From Acidimicrobiia bacterium UBA5794 (GTDB lineage Bacteria; Actinomycetota; Acidimicrobiia; Spongiisociales; UBA5794), in NCBI GenBank assembly GCA_002418265.1, contig DIDS01000032.1, positions 76,396 to 140,395 of the forward strand: a stretch of 64,000 nucleotides of DNA, given 5' to 3'. Each line of letters opens with the position of its first letter. Within the stretch, counting starts at the first letter, position 1. The position numbers and the translations under genes are program-made. Positions 48,424 through 58,217 of this stretch are shown piece by piece. The notes under the pieces were generated by a model that was not told the DNA's origin, made no database searches, and saw only the letters and a list, made by a program, of their open reading frames with translations.

Positions 48424-50016
48424 ATGGATTGGTTAGATAACGGCTTGGCGCTGAGCCTGGTCGTGTTCCTACCGGTCGTCGGCGCGGGAATCGTGCTGGC
48501 CATCCCGAAGGCGCAGGAGGCGGCAATCAAATGGACTGCCCTCATCGTCTCGCTGGTCACACTCGCCCTCGCCGTCGTGCTGGCGGTGCAGTTCGACTAT
48601 TCGGCTGCGGACACGTACCAGTTCGGGACCGCCATCGATACGCCATGGATTGAGGCTATCAACGCCCATTTCCACATCGGTGTGGATGGCATCTCGCTAC
48701 CCATGGTGGTGCTCACCACCCTCATCACGATGCTGTGCATCGTCTACTCCTTCAACCACTTGCCCGAACCACACAACCCGAAGCTTCTCCTGGCGATGAC
48801 GCTCCTCCTCGGCACCGGAATGGCTGGCACGTTTGTGGCACTCGACCTTGTGTTGTTCTTCGTCTTCTTCGAGATCGTCCTGTTGCCGATGTACTTCATG
48901 ATCGGCATCTGGGGTGACCGAGGCATCAGGTATGTCCCGATATTCGGTTGGAAGATGGAGATGCGCCTGTATGCGTCCCTGAAGTTCTTCGTGTTCACCC
49001 TGTTCGGGTCGGCCTTCATGCTGTTGAGCTTCCTGGCCCTGTACTTCCGATCAGGTGACACACTTGGCTACAACTCGTTCTCGATGGTTGAGCTCTCCAA
49101 CATCGGTCCGGCGGGTGCGTTCACGGGAACATTTGCGTTCTTGGTATTCCTCGGGCTGTTCCTCGGGTTTGCCGTCAAGGTTCCGATGTGGCCGGTCCAC
49201 ACGTGGTTGCCCGATGCACATACTGCTGCACCGACCATCGGTTCGGTGATTCTTGCTGCCATCCTCCTGAAGCTCGGTACGTATGGGTTCATCCGGATAG
49301 CGTTGCCGATTCTCCCGGACGAAGCGATCAACTGGGCCCCGTTCATCGGCGTCCTTGCAGTGATCGGGATCATCTACGGTTCGCTTGCATGTTTGGCCCA
49401 GACCGACATGAAGCGGCTGATCGCCTATTCATCGGTCGGGCACATGGGCTTTGTCATGCTCGGCATTGCCACGCTGACCGATATCGGCATCAACGCCGCC
49501 ATCATCGGGATGGTCGCCCACGGCCTCATCACCGGCTTGCTGTTCTTCGTTGTCGGTTCGATGTCGCATCGATATCACACCCGAGACATGAACCGTCTCG
49601 GTGGCGCGATGGTGTCCCTGCCAAGGATGGGTCTGATCCTGGGGTTCGCCGCGATGGCATCGCTCGGGTTGCCGTCACTTGCCGGCTTCTGGGGTGAGTT
49701 CATGTCGCTGATGGCATCGTTCGATCCGCTCGAAGCAATTGGTGCAACGGGTCTGTTCAGGGGCTTCATGGTGGTTGGTGCTGTCGGCACGGTCCTCACC
49801 GCTGCCTACATGTTGTATCTGTTGCGAAGCGTCATTTTCGGTGAACCAGCCGAGGAGTGGGTCAGTCAGGAATTCCACGACGTGGACACCGCCGAGTGGC
49901 TTGCATGGGCACCGCTCATTGCTGGCATCATCGCCATCGGCATCTTCCCGAAGATCGTCTTCGGCGCAACCAACGACGCCGTTGTCTCCCTCGTCCAGAA
50001 AGCCTTCGGAGCCTGA
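48424..50016 (+). CDS. nuoM: NADH-quinone oxidoreductase subunit M, second copy
   Basis: 530 aa. HTWLPDAHTAAPTIGSVILAA. Confidence 0.9.
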   Translation: MDWLDNGLALSLVVFLPVVGAGIVLAIPKAQEAAIKWTALIVSLVTLALAVVLAVQFDYSAADTYQFGTAIDTPWIEAINAHFHIGVDGISLPMVVLTTLITMLCIVYSFNHLPEPHNPKLLLAMTLLLGTGMAGTFVALDLVLFFVFFEIVLLPMYFMIGIWGDRGIRYVPIFGWKMEMRLYASLKFFVFTLFGSAFMLLSFLALYFRSGDTLGYNSFSMVELSNIGPAGAFTGTFAFLVFLGLFLGFAVKVPMWPVHTWLPDAHTAAPTIGSVILAAILLKLGTYGFIRIALPILPDEAINWAPFIGVLAVIGIIYGSLACLAQTDMKRLIAYSSVGHMGFVMLGIATLTDIGINAAIIGMVAHGLITGLLFFVVGSMSHRYHTRDMNRLGGAMVSLPRMGLILGFAAMASLGLPSLAGFWGEFMSLMASFDPLEAIGATGLFRGFMVVGAVGTVLTAAYMLYLLRSVIFGEPAEEWVSQEFHDVDTAEWLAWAPLIAGIIAIGIFPKIVFGATNDAVVSLVQKAFGA

Positions 50017-50018
50017 CA

Positions 50019-51530
50019 ATGGACGCCATCGACTACCACGCGCTGCTACCAGAGATCATCCTTGCGGTCACTGTGTTGGCGACGCTGTTGGTCGACCTGT
50101 TCACGAGCAGGAAGTCGTTTGCGGCCATAACCGCGATGATCGGCATGTTTGCCTCATTCGTTGCGATCTTGACGCTTGCATTCTGTGACAACCTTACGTT
50201 TTGTACTTCGACGGGTGATCGAGTCCTCTTCGGAGGATCGTTCGTCGTCGACGGTTATGCGATCGTTCTCCAGGGGTTGTTCATCTTTGCCGGGTTCATC
50301 GTGGTCCTGATGTCCGTCGGCTATCTCGAAACCGACCGGTATTACGAGGGGGAGTTCTATTTCCTGATCGTCTCTGCCGTACTCGGCGCTGCCGTGATGG
50401 CGTCGTCTCGGGATTTCATCTCGATGATTGTCGCCCTTGAGATCGTGTCGGGATCGGGATTCCTGCTCGCTGGTTGGCGAAAGGGAGATGCCCGATCAAA
50501 CGAAGCCTCGCTCAAGTTCTTCATCATTGGGGTACTTGCCCTTGCGCTGCTCCTGTTCGGTGTGTCGTTGATCTACGGCCTCACCGGCACCCAGGTGTTC
50601 AGCGAGATTGCTGCAGCCTCTTCCAGTGTGGAAGACATTGCACTGTTCAACCTCGGAGCGATTTTCGTATTGCTCGGCTTCGGGTTCAAGGTTTCGGCTG
50701 TCCCATTCCACTTCTGGACGCCCGACGTCTATGAGGGTTCGCCACCTCCGGTCACCGCTTGGCTCTCGGTGGGTTCCAAGGGTGCCGGGTTCGTGGGCCT
50801 GCTATCGGTTTGTTACCTGGCCCTGCCATCCGTCACCGAGATCTGGGGACCCGTGCTGTGGCTGGTTGCAGCGTTGTCGATGACGATCGGAAACATCGTC
50901 GCCATCAAACAGACGAACGTGATCCGACTGCTTGGCTACTCGTCGATCGCCCAGGCGGGGTTCATGCTGGCACCATTCGGAGCGGCTGCCGCCACCGGTG
51001 CCGATCTGAGTCAGACATTCAGCGCAACGGTGACCTACCTCGTGATCTACGCCGTGATGAACCTCGGTGCCTTTGCCGTGGTGATCATCGTTGGAACCCG
51101 CGTCGGCTCGTACGAACTCGAACGCTGGTCGGGACTCAACACATGGGCCCCCGGCCTTGCGTTGTCGCTGGCAGCGTTCTTCATGTCCTTGGCCGGGATC
51201 CCGCCACTTGCAGGGTGGTTCGCCAAGTTCGTCATGTTCAGCGCCACGATTGGTGTTGGCAGCTGGTGGGGATATTCGATTGCCATCGTTGCGGCTCTCA
51301 ACGCGGTGATTGCCCTCGTGTATTACCTCAAGGTGCTCAAGTCCGCGTTCTTCGATACGGTGCCTGCGGATCTTGATGTTGCGACGTTGGAGGCAGGCAC
51401 GGTCCCTGGCCCGACCAGCTTTGCCATCGGTCTCACCGCAGCGGCAGTCCTGGTGCTCGGCATCTTCCCCGGCCTCGCAGCCAACCTCGGCGACTTCAGC
51501 TCTGACTTCCTAGCAACCCTCGGCCTTTAA
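50019..51530 (+). CDS. nuoN: NADH-quinone oxidoreductase subunit N, second copy
   Basis: 503 aa from MDAIDYHALLPEI. FHFWTPDVYEGSPPPV block. Confidence 0.85.
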   Translation: MDAIDYHALLPEIILAVTVLATLLVDLFTSRKSFAAITAMIGMFASFVAILTLAFCDNLTFCTSTGDRVLFGGSFVVDGYAIVLQGLFIFAGFIVVLMSVGYLETDRYYEGEFYFLIVSAVLGAAVMASSRDFISMIVALEIVSGSGFLLAGWRKGDARSNEASLKFFIIGVLALALLLFGVSLIYGLTGTQVFSEIAAASSSVEDIALFNLGAIFVLLGFGFKVSAVPFHFWTPDVYEGSPPPVTAWLSVGSKGAGFVGLLSVCYLALPSVTEIWGPVLWLVAALSMTIGNIVAIKQTNVIRLLGYSSIAQAGFMLAPFGAAAATGADLSQTFSATVTYLVIYAVMNLGAFAVVIIVGTRVGSYELERWSGLNTWAPGLALSLAAFFMSLAGIPPLAGWFAKFVMFSATIGVGSWWGYSIAIVAALNAVIALVYYLKVLKSAFFDTVPADLDVATLEAGTVPGPTSFAIGLTAAAVLVLGIFPGLAANLGDFSSDFLATLGL

Positions 51531-51591
51531 CCCGACAAAGCCGTCCCCCCTCAGACATGGTCCGCACAGGCTTGCAACTCCTCTTGGCTCA

Positions 51592-52227
51592 TCATCGACC
51601 AACGACGTCGGGCTCGGTTGGGTTCGAGAGGTTTGCTGCTCGGATGCCTGCCATCCAACCGGGCACACGCCCGTGGCTCGGCGGGTGAATCGTGTCAACC
51701 GGCAGCCCGCTTCTTCCCAGCACCCAGGCCGTGACGGAGTTCGAGTTCCACATCTCGCCAGCTCCGATCTCGTCCCGACCCCAAGTCAACGTTGGTGTCG
51801 ATCCCACGCAGTCCAGGACTCGCCGCGCCTGTTGGGGGTCTTCGGTGAGTAGCTGTGGGCTGTCAACCGCCAGGTGAGCGTCAGGTATCTTGCCGTCGTG
51901 CCAGCACCGGACCTCGTATCGGAAAAGCCGATAACGCATGAGGGCGCGACTGAAGACTGGGCCTTCGGCAACAACTCCACGGGAGGCAATGTCCGCATTG
52001 GGACTTGGCCACCCGTTCTCAATCGTGTATCGGCACCCCTCCAAATGCACCTCAAGAGCCGTGTGATACAGATCAAGTCGACGACGGTGCTCAAGCCGAG
52101 CTTGGACAACCTCATAGACACGCCCGTTGAATCGAACAAAGCCAACTCCGCCTGCTCCGAGTGGTATCCAGTACAGCTGAACCGCAGCGGCCGGGTCATC
52201 TGTTCCGAAGTGGTGTTCGTATTTCAT
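51592..52227 (-). CDS. hypothetical protein
   Basis: 211 aa ORF convergent on nuoN(2). Codon usage consistent with the window. No recognised motifs. Confidence 0.4.
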   Translation of the reverse strand: MKYEHHFGTDDPAAAVQLYWIPLGAGGVGFVRFNGRVYEVVQARLEHRRRLDLYHTALEVHLEGCRYTIENGWPSPNADIASRGVVAEGPVFSRALMRYRLFRYEVRCWHDGKIPDAHLAVDSPQLLTEDPQQARRVLDCVGSTPTLTWGRDEIGAGEMWNSNSVTAWVLGRSGLPVDTIHPPSHGRVPGWMAGIRAANLSNPTEPDVVGR

Positions 52228-52368
52228 GTTCTACCTTTCAGCCAGGTGCGGTCTCCTCGGAGATTCCTGGAAAACTCTGACACTAGGGTCGAACGGAGGT
52301 AGCGACGGGCCCAAATGCCCTAGCACCCCGATGGGCAACGATGCTTTACTCATGTGCAAAGGAGGTTC

Positions 52369-52779
52369 ATGATGATTGTCGTGGCAGGAGTTGATGGGTC
52401 GGAACACACGAAGTCGGTCGTCGATGCAGCAGTTCAGTACGCCGCTGACGGCGAAATCCACTTTGTTTACGTGACGAGTTACGCCATCTATCCGTACGGC
52501 GCGCTTGACGGCGGTCCACCCGTCGATTTCGAGAGAATTCAAAGAGCCCACACGGACGCCGTATGGGCAGAAGTTGGGGAACTCCCACAGAATGCACAAG
52601 CTGTGACGATTGAGGGTGATGCCGCATCCACCATTGTCGACTATGCCAAGAGTGTGGATGCAGATCTGATCGTCATCGGATCCCGTGGCCGGGGAGCATT
52701 CGGCTCCCTGCTCCTTGGTTCGGTGAGCCATGGCGTCGTACATGCAGCCGATCGCAACGTTCTCATCGTGAGACCGTAG
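52369..52779 (+). CDS. universal stress protein (UspA family)
   Basis: ~136 aa from ATG after AAGGAGG. IVVAGVDGS ... ADLIVIGSRGRGAFGSLLLGSVSHGVVHAADRNVLIV ATP-binding-type Usp motif. Confidence 0.75.
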   Translation: MMIVVAGVDGSEHTKSVVDAAVQYAADGEIHFVYVTSYAIYPYGALDGGPPVDFERIQRAHTDAVWAEVGELPQNAQAVTIEGDAASTIVDYAKSVDADLIVIGSRGRGAFGSLLLGSVSHGVVHAADRNVLIVRP

Positions 52780-52821
52780 GTCTCACCGACGTCAACCATC
52801 GACCAACCTCACCGAATCGGC

Positions 52822-53136
52822 TCATTTCCTCGTGTCGAAGAGCCACTGGATCATGGCGCCAACGACCACACCAAGACCTGCCCCGATGCCAGCCCCGATT
52901 GCAAGGCCTGATCCCCCGCCAAGGATCAACCCCATTGAGCCGCCCGCGGCTGCTCCGATGACAATCCCGATTCCCGCCGCAGAGTCAGCCCATTTGTTCG
53001 TGGACTTGCCATTCACGCCGGAACTCCCGGCTCTTGTGCTGCCTTCTGGTCGGCTCGGTGGGTCCCAAACAGGGGCTTGTAGGCAACGAACGCAAACCAA
53101 ATCGCCACAGCGGCGTACTTGGCTTTTCTGACCCAC
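52822..53136 (-). CDS. small glycine-zipper membrane protein
   Basis: C-terminal 60 aa form a GxxxG-rich stretch (IGIVIGAAAGGSMGLILGGGSGLAIGAGIGAGLGVVVGAMIQW). Start uncertain, possibly internal. Confidence 0.35.
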   Translation of the reverse strand: MGQKSQVRRCGDLVCVRCLQAPVWDPPSRPEGSTRAGSSGVNGKSTNKWADSAAGIGIVIGAAAGGSMGLILGGGSGLAIGAGIGAGLGVVVGAMIQWLFDTRK

Positions 53137-53161
53137 TGGCTGTCCCGTGCGGTTGTATCCG

Positions 53162-54601
53162 TCATTGTTGGCCCTCCTGTGGGGACGCTGAGTCGGTATC
53201 GAGCATCGATGGGGTTGTTTGCGGTAGGACGGGTTCGAATTCGCCTTGATCTAGGTGGAACGGGGGGTATTCGTCTCGCATGAGCGCGGCGTAGGCCCAG
53301 ACTCGGTAGGCCCAACGGTTCAGGCCGATCACGAAGTCGAACAGCGGACGTGGATAACGACCGGTGAACAGCAGAATGAACGCTGCGACAAGAACGAGCA
53401 GGCTGATCAGACCACCTCCGAACGTGATCGCAACCCGTCCCGAACCACCGGCCCGCGTTGCCCACCCGATGAGACCGGTGGTGAAGAATCCGACGATGAG
53501 GTATTGGGGTATTGCCAGGAGCCACCACTTGATCAGGACGAGCCCTCGGGACAGCTTTTCGGGGTACTCAACATCGAAGGTCGCGGGATAGTCCGTTTCA
53601 GCAAGGGTGAACGGCGGATACCGGTCACTGCCGAGCGCCCCGTAGGTGTAGTAGCTGACCCGCCACGTCCAGCGCAACACACCGACGTTGAAGTCGAAGA
53701 TCGACCGCGGGTAGCGTCCGGTGAACAGAATCGAAAACCCTGCGGCCACGGTCAGGACCATGAATCCGAGCCACAGGAAGAAGAGCACGATGAAGTGGGG
53801 GATGGCGAGCAGCCATTTGAACAGCCACTGCCATCGGCTCACGTCTGGATCGAGTGTGGCCTCGAGCCTGGCCGGGTATCGGCCCTCACCCACAGGACGC
53901 GATTCTGCATCGGCACGTGGCTCTGAGGGCGGCTGGCGAAATGCGACCATGAGTAGTACAGCGGCAATCGACAATCCAATGAGTCCTATGACGAGGAGAC
54001 CCCAGGCAATCGGAACCAAAAGGTCTGTGGCCACGCCAGCTGTCATCTCGATTGCCACGCGAGGGGTTGCGTCAGCATTCATGATGACCGCTTTCCAGTC
54101 GCCGTCGGATGTATCCCAGGTGAGTGTCTGCGGGGCGCTCCCTTCAGCTGACGCAACCCAGAATGACTGCAACCCTGGGAGATCGGGTGTTCCGACACCA
54201 TCAACGACTTCGAATACGGGGTTCTTTAGGTCATAACTCATACGGACGACACGGTCGTGTGCGACACCCGAGAGGTAGTTGTCAACCGCATCGGACGGTC
54301 CAATCCCTATGAACACCGGTGCCTCTGCGGCTGCTACATGAAAGCGGACGTTCCCGAGCTGTCCGGAGGGAAACCATCCCCTGGGTTTAACGACAAGGTC
54401 AACCGCAGGCGATGTGATCGCGTAGCTATCTACCGCCAAACCGACAACAGGCGACGTGAAGTAGCCGTCGTCATCACGCTGCGTGGCGTCTGCCCAAAGC
54501 AATGCGCCACCACCAAACACGAACCCGACCGCGACAAGGGCCATCAGCGATGCAACCACCGCCGCAAGAACCTTTCCCGCACTCATCTTTCCGGCGCTCA
54601 T
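53162..54601 (-). CDS. membrane protein with tandem DUF4389-like domains
   Basis: 479 aa. Two copies of the block GRYPRxxFDFxxGxxRWxxRVxxYxxxxxDxYPPF, each followed by TM helices. N-terminal TM plus an extracytoplasmic domain. Confidence 0.65.
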   Translation of the reverse strand: MSAGKMSAGKVLAAVVASLMALVAVGFVFGGGALLWADATQRDDDGYFTSPVVGLAVDSYAITSPAVDLVVKPRGWFPSGQLGNVRFHVAAAEAPVFIGIGPSDAVDNYLSGVAHDRVVRMSYDLKNPVFEVVDGVGTPDLPGLQSFWVASAEGSAPQTLTWDTSDGDWKAVIMNADATPRVAIEMTAGVATDLLVPIAWGLLVIGLIGLSIAAVLLMVAFRQPPSEPRADAESRPVGEGRYPARLEATLDPDVSRWQWLFKWLLAIPHFIVLFFLWLGFMVLTVAAGFSILFTGRYPRSIFDFNVGVLRWTWRVSYYTYGALGSDRYPPFTLAETDYPATFDVEYPEKLSRGLVLIKWWLLAIPQYLIVGFFTTGLIGWATRAGGSGRVAITFGGGLISLLVLVAAFILLFTGRYPRPLFDFVIGLNRWAYRVWAYAALMRDEYPPFHLDQGEFEPVLPQTTPSMLDTDSASPQEGQQ

Positions 54602-54729
54602 GTCAATCTCCGTTCGCCATGGGTGCTCACAATATCAATCCTCACGGACCGGACACCTTCGCGGTAGTGACAGAAGTAACCGACTGGCAGGACTTTCGGC
54701 CGCAAAGCCCGTTTTCTTGAAGTCGTATC

Positions 54730-55131
54730 TCAGGAGATTGGAGAGGATTGAGCAAGGGACTCGATCCCGTACCAGATGTAGGCGATCAGAAACATGATGC
54801 GCTGGAGGACGCCGTCTGCATTTCCGTAGATCGACATCGCAATCGGGAGAACGACGGATGCGAGCACCGCCACTCCATCGAGGAATCGCCAGTGATGTTC
54901 GTTCTGGTGGCGACAGACCGCAACGGCGAGTACGCCGAAGGCAAACGCGAACCCCATTGCCGTCGCAAAGACCGAGTGCAACAGATCCTCGGTCGTGTCG
55001 TACGGAGCGTCAGGAATCCATGATTGAAGCGAGAATGCCGCAACCGCGAACATGGAGACTGCGAACACGACATGGAAGGCGGTTCCGGGTTGCCCCCACC
55101 TGTTACGCGACTGATGGGCAATCCAGAGCAC
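54730..55131 (-). CDS. small integral membrane protein
   Basis: 133 aa, four predicted TM helices. No recognised family. Confidence 0.45.
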   Translation of the reverse strand: MLWIAHQSRNRWGQPGTAFHVVFAVSMFAVAAFSLQSWIPDAPYDTTEDLLHSVFATAMGFAFAFGVLAVAVCRHQNEHHWRFLDGVAVLASVVLPIAMSIYGNADGVLQRIMFLIAYIWYGIESLAQSSPIS

Positions 55132-55432
55132 AGCGAGCCCGAAGAGGAGAAACCCTGCCCTCGCAAGCCACGCACCGTCGACCCCTTGGCCTGCCGAACC
55201 TCAATCCGTTCGCTCTTGGTGTGCTTTGTCGGTGTTGTCATCTCGACTCCTCGTGTACGGCGATTGTACGGATGCTCTCTCTGATCTCAACATGGATGGC
55301 CGGCGGGTAGAGAGGCTTTTCACCCGAGGACGCTGCGATCACGTTTTCTTTGGCTGCGCCCCGGTGACGGATCTCAGCGGTCAGCGCTGCCGGTATGGTC
55401 AACCGCATTACGTGCAATCCAAGGGGCCAGCA

Positions 55433-55837
55433 ATGAAAGTCGCATACATATTGAACATGCCGAAGGCGGCGAGCTACAAGGTTCAGAAGATGATCCTCCC
55501 ACAGCTCGAAGCTGGAACACATGGTGTCGAGGTGGTCGGGATGTTCTTTTTCGATGACAACGTCTGGGCACTCCGGAAGGGTGACCCGATCGGTGAACGT
55601 CTTGCAGCGGTCGCTAAGAAAACAGGCATGCTGCTCATGGGATGTGACATGTGCTCTCTTGAACGCAACCTTGCCGAAGGTGAACCACGCTGGTGCGACC
55701 CCGCGACCGGCGAGGGTCGGGAGAACCCTGCTGAGTGCGAACCGGCTGGCATGGTCGACGGTGCCCACGTGGGCTGTTTCCCTGACCTGTACGCGGCCCT
55801 TGCGGGTAACCCGCCCGATCAGGTCATATCGCTCTAG
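55433..55837 (+). CDS. DsrE/DsrF-like (YchN-fold) small protein at the head of the cox cluster
   Basis: 134 aa from MKVAYILNM. Beta-alpha pattern and LLMGCDMC cysteine pair reminiscent of the sulfur-relay DsrE family. Weak assignment. Confidence 0.4.
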   Translation: MKVAYILNMPKAASYKVQKMILPQLEAGTHGVEVVGMFFFDDNVWALRKGDPIGERLAAVAKKTGMLLMGCDMCSLERNLAEGEPRWCDPATGEGRENPAECEPAGMVDGAHVGCFPDLYAALAGNPPDQVISL

Positions 55838-55859
55838 GTATGCAACTAGGGTCGTAGGT

Positions 55860-56732
55860 ATGGCGATTCCTGATACGGTCGATGCGCTTGAAGCGGGATT
55901 GATGCAGCATGGCTACATCTCGGACCGTGGTTTGACCGTTGCGATTCACCTTGCCATCCAAATGGGGCGTCCTCTGTTCGTCGAGGGTGAGCCTGGCGTC
56001 GGTAAGACCGAGATTGCAAAGGTGCTCGCAGCGATCGCCGGTGCTGAACTCATCCGTCTCCAGTGCTACGAGGGTCTCGATGCCTCCCATGCCATCTACG
56101 AATGGGACTATGCCAAGCAAATGCTTGCGATCCGGATGCTTGAAGCCACCGGCAAGGATGTTTCGCAGACGGACATCATGAGTGAGGAGTATCTGGTTGC
56201 TCGTCCGCTTCTCAAAGCAATTCGGCGTGCGGCGGCCAGCGAGCCGACAGTGCTTCTGATCGATGAACTGGACAGGGCTGATGAGGAGTTCGAGGCGTAT
56301 CTCCTTGAGATTCTGTCCGACTTCCAGATCACGATCCCCGAGATCGGAACGGTGGCGGCGACAACACCCCCGATCGTGGTGATCACGTCCAATCGGACGC
56401 GCGAGATCCACGACGCCGTGAAGCGACGGTGCATCTATCACTGGATCGACTATCCGAGTGTTGAGCGTGAGATCCAGATTCTGAAGGCCAAGGCACCTGG
56501 CACCTCCGACGAGTTGTCGAAGCAACTTGCCATGGCCATGGAGAAGCTCCGGAGCCTTGACCTCTTCAAACCGCCCGGTGTGGCAGAAACGATCGACTGG
56601 GCGAAGGCTCTTGCCGTCTTGGGGGCTGACACCCTTGCCGCCGAGACCATCGATGCGACGCTCGGTGTCGTGGTGAAGTACGAAGAGGACCTTGCCGCGG
56701 TGAGAACCTTTGGCGTCGGATCGATGGAATGA
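55860..56732 (+). CDS. coxD: MoxR-type AAA+ ATPase (CoxD-like)
   Basis: 290 aa from MAIPDTV. Walker A GEPGVGKTE. Walker B LLIDELDRAD. Sensor region. Confidence 0.85.
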   Translation: MAIPDTVDALEAGLMQHGYISDRGLTVAIHLAIQMGRPLFVEGEPGVGKTEIAKVLAAIAGAELIRLQCYEGLDASHAIYEWDYAKQMLAIRMLEATGKDVSQTDIMSEEYLVARPLLKAIRRAAASEPTVLLIDELDRADEEFEAYLLEILSDFQITIPEIGTVAATTPPIVVITSNRTREIHDAVKRRCIYHWIDYPSVEREIQILKAKAPGTSDELSKQLAMAMEKLRSLDLFKPPGVAETIDWAKALAVLGADTLAAETIDATLGVVVKYEEDLAAVRTFGVGSME

Positions 56733-57912
56733 TGATCCGATGACATCCGATTCCATGTCGATCGGTGAGACCGCGGAAGTGAACTTGGTCATGTTCACGA
56801 GGGCGCTTCACGACGCAGGCTTCGCCGTCACACCACAAACGACCCGAGACCTTGTGAGGGTCGCTTCCATCATCGGACTCCATGTGGGAAACGATGTACG
56901 AAACGCGTTCTGTGGCGTTGTTGTGACGCGCCACTCCCAGATCGGACGCTTCAACGAGATCTTCGATCAGTTCTTCTCAGGTGGGGTCGTGTACCGGCTC
57001 GATGACGTGATGGATCGTGCGACCAAAGAGCAGACCGACCGCCGAATGCCACGATTGGCGGTCGCCGGTAGCCTCGATCAGGCTGACGGGGACGAAGTCG
57101 TCGAAGTGCCAAACGTCGTTGGGGGCTCGTACGGTGAGCGCCTTGTTGACGTCGACTTCGCTGACCTCAACGACGAGGAAGCTGCCGCGATGGCCGACAT
57201 GCTCGCATCGATGGTGTGGACTCCTTCGAGCTACCGATCGCGGCGGTGGATGCGGGCAAGCGGTGGATCGGTTCCAGACATGCGGAGAACCCTTCGCATG
57301 GTGACCGGACCGAAGGGTGATCTCATGCCTCTGGCGTTCTCAACGCGAAGACCCAAACAGCGGCCGCTCGTCGTCCTGGCAGATATCTCGGGTTCCATGG
57401 AGCGATATGCCGAGATGCTGCTCCATTTTGTCCACGGTGCCCAACACCGGTTCTCATCCGTCGAGTCGTTCGTTTTCGCCACTCGCCTCACGCGGATCAC
57501 CCGTCAGTTGCGCCGTAGAAACGCGGGCGACGCCCTCAAAGATGTGTCTCAAGTCGTTCACGACTGGTCTGGGGGCACACGGATCGGTGATGCAGTCGCT
57601 TCGTACAACAAAGATTGGGCCAGGCGGATTGGGGGAGGGCCCATCGTCCTCATCATCTCCGACGGGTGGGACACGGGCGATCCCGAGCAACTCGCGGTCG
57701 AGATGCGGCGTCTCGCCCGATCTGCTCACAGGGTCATTTGGCTGAACCCCCTCGCTGGCCACGTAGAATTCACACCAGAAGCGAGGGGTATGGCGGCAGC
57801 TGCCCCTTTCGTCGACGATTTGTTGGCTGGTGGCACTGCCCGTAGCCTGATCGAATTGGTCGATCTGTTGCAGATGGACCGTACAGAGCGAAGGAGCATC
57901 GCAGTCAGATGA
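56710..57912 (+). CDS. coxE: VWA-domain protein (CoxE-like)
   Basis: 400 aa. MIDAS-containing block [11 protein letters not shown] and C-terminal VWA fold. Confidence 0.8.
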   Translation: MASDRWNDDPMTSDSMSIGETAEVNLVMFTRALHDAGFAVTPQTTRDLVRVASIIGLHVGNDVRNAFCGVVVTRHSQIGRFNEIFDQFFSGGVVYRLDDVMDRATKEQTDRRMPRLAVAGSLDQADGDEVVEVPNVVGGSYGERLVDVDFADLNDEEAAAMADMLASMVWTPSSYRSRRWMRASGGSVPDMRRTLRMVTGPKGDLMPLAFSTRRPKQRPLVVLADISGSMERYAEMLLHFVHGAQHRFSSVESFVFATRLTRITRQLRRRNAGDALKDVSQVVHDWSGGTRIGDAVASYNKDWARRIGGGPIVLIISDGWDTGDPEQLAVEMRRLARSAHRVIWLNPLAGHVEFTPEARGMAAAAPFVDDLLAGGTARSLIELVDLLQMDRTERRSIAVR

Positions 57913-58217
57913 GAGAAATCCTTGAAGTTAGGGACCGATGGACGGCTGAGGGCAAGGAGGTGGCCGTCGCCACCGTTGTGTCTGTCAAAGGCTCCGCACC
58001 ACGCGGAGTGGGGGCCAAGATGCTGATTTCCTCCGATGGCGAAATGGAGGGTTCGGTGTCTGGCGGGTGCGTCGAGAACGATGTGCGCGAACACGCTGCA
58101 GGTGTGCTTTCTACCGGCGAACCACGACTCGTGACATACGGCATTGCTGATGACGACGCGTTTGAGGTCGGGCTGACCTGTGGCGGCACGATCGAAGTGT
58201 TCATTGCACCATGGTGA
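57909..58217 (+). CDS. xdhC: XdhC/CoxI-family N-terminal domain (split ORF)
   Basis: 102 aa XdhC_CoxI N-domain ([21 protein letters not shown] ... GSVSGGCVE). It ends 7 nt into the next ORF, which carries the rest of XdhC in another frame. Confidence 0.55.
   Translation: MREILEVRDRWTAEGKEVAVATVVSVKGSAPRGVGAKMLISSDGEMEGSVSGGCVENDVREHAAGVLSTGEPRLVTYGIADDDAFEVGLTCGGTIEVFIAPW

Noticed and set aside
52832-53131. + strand 99-aa Pro-rich ORF
   Set aside because: Overlaps the - strand ORF whose C-terminus has a clear glycine-zipper TM segment. The Pro/Ala-rich translation is typical of an antisense artefact.
53231-53250. tRNA T-loop-like GGGTTCGAATTCGCC
   Set aside because: Sits inside the DUF4389 coding region (encodes GEFEP on the - strand). 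No acceptor or anticodon stem could be assembled around it.
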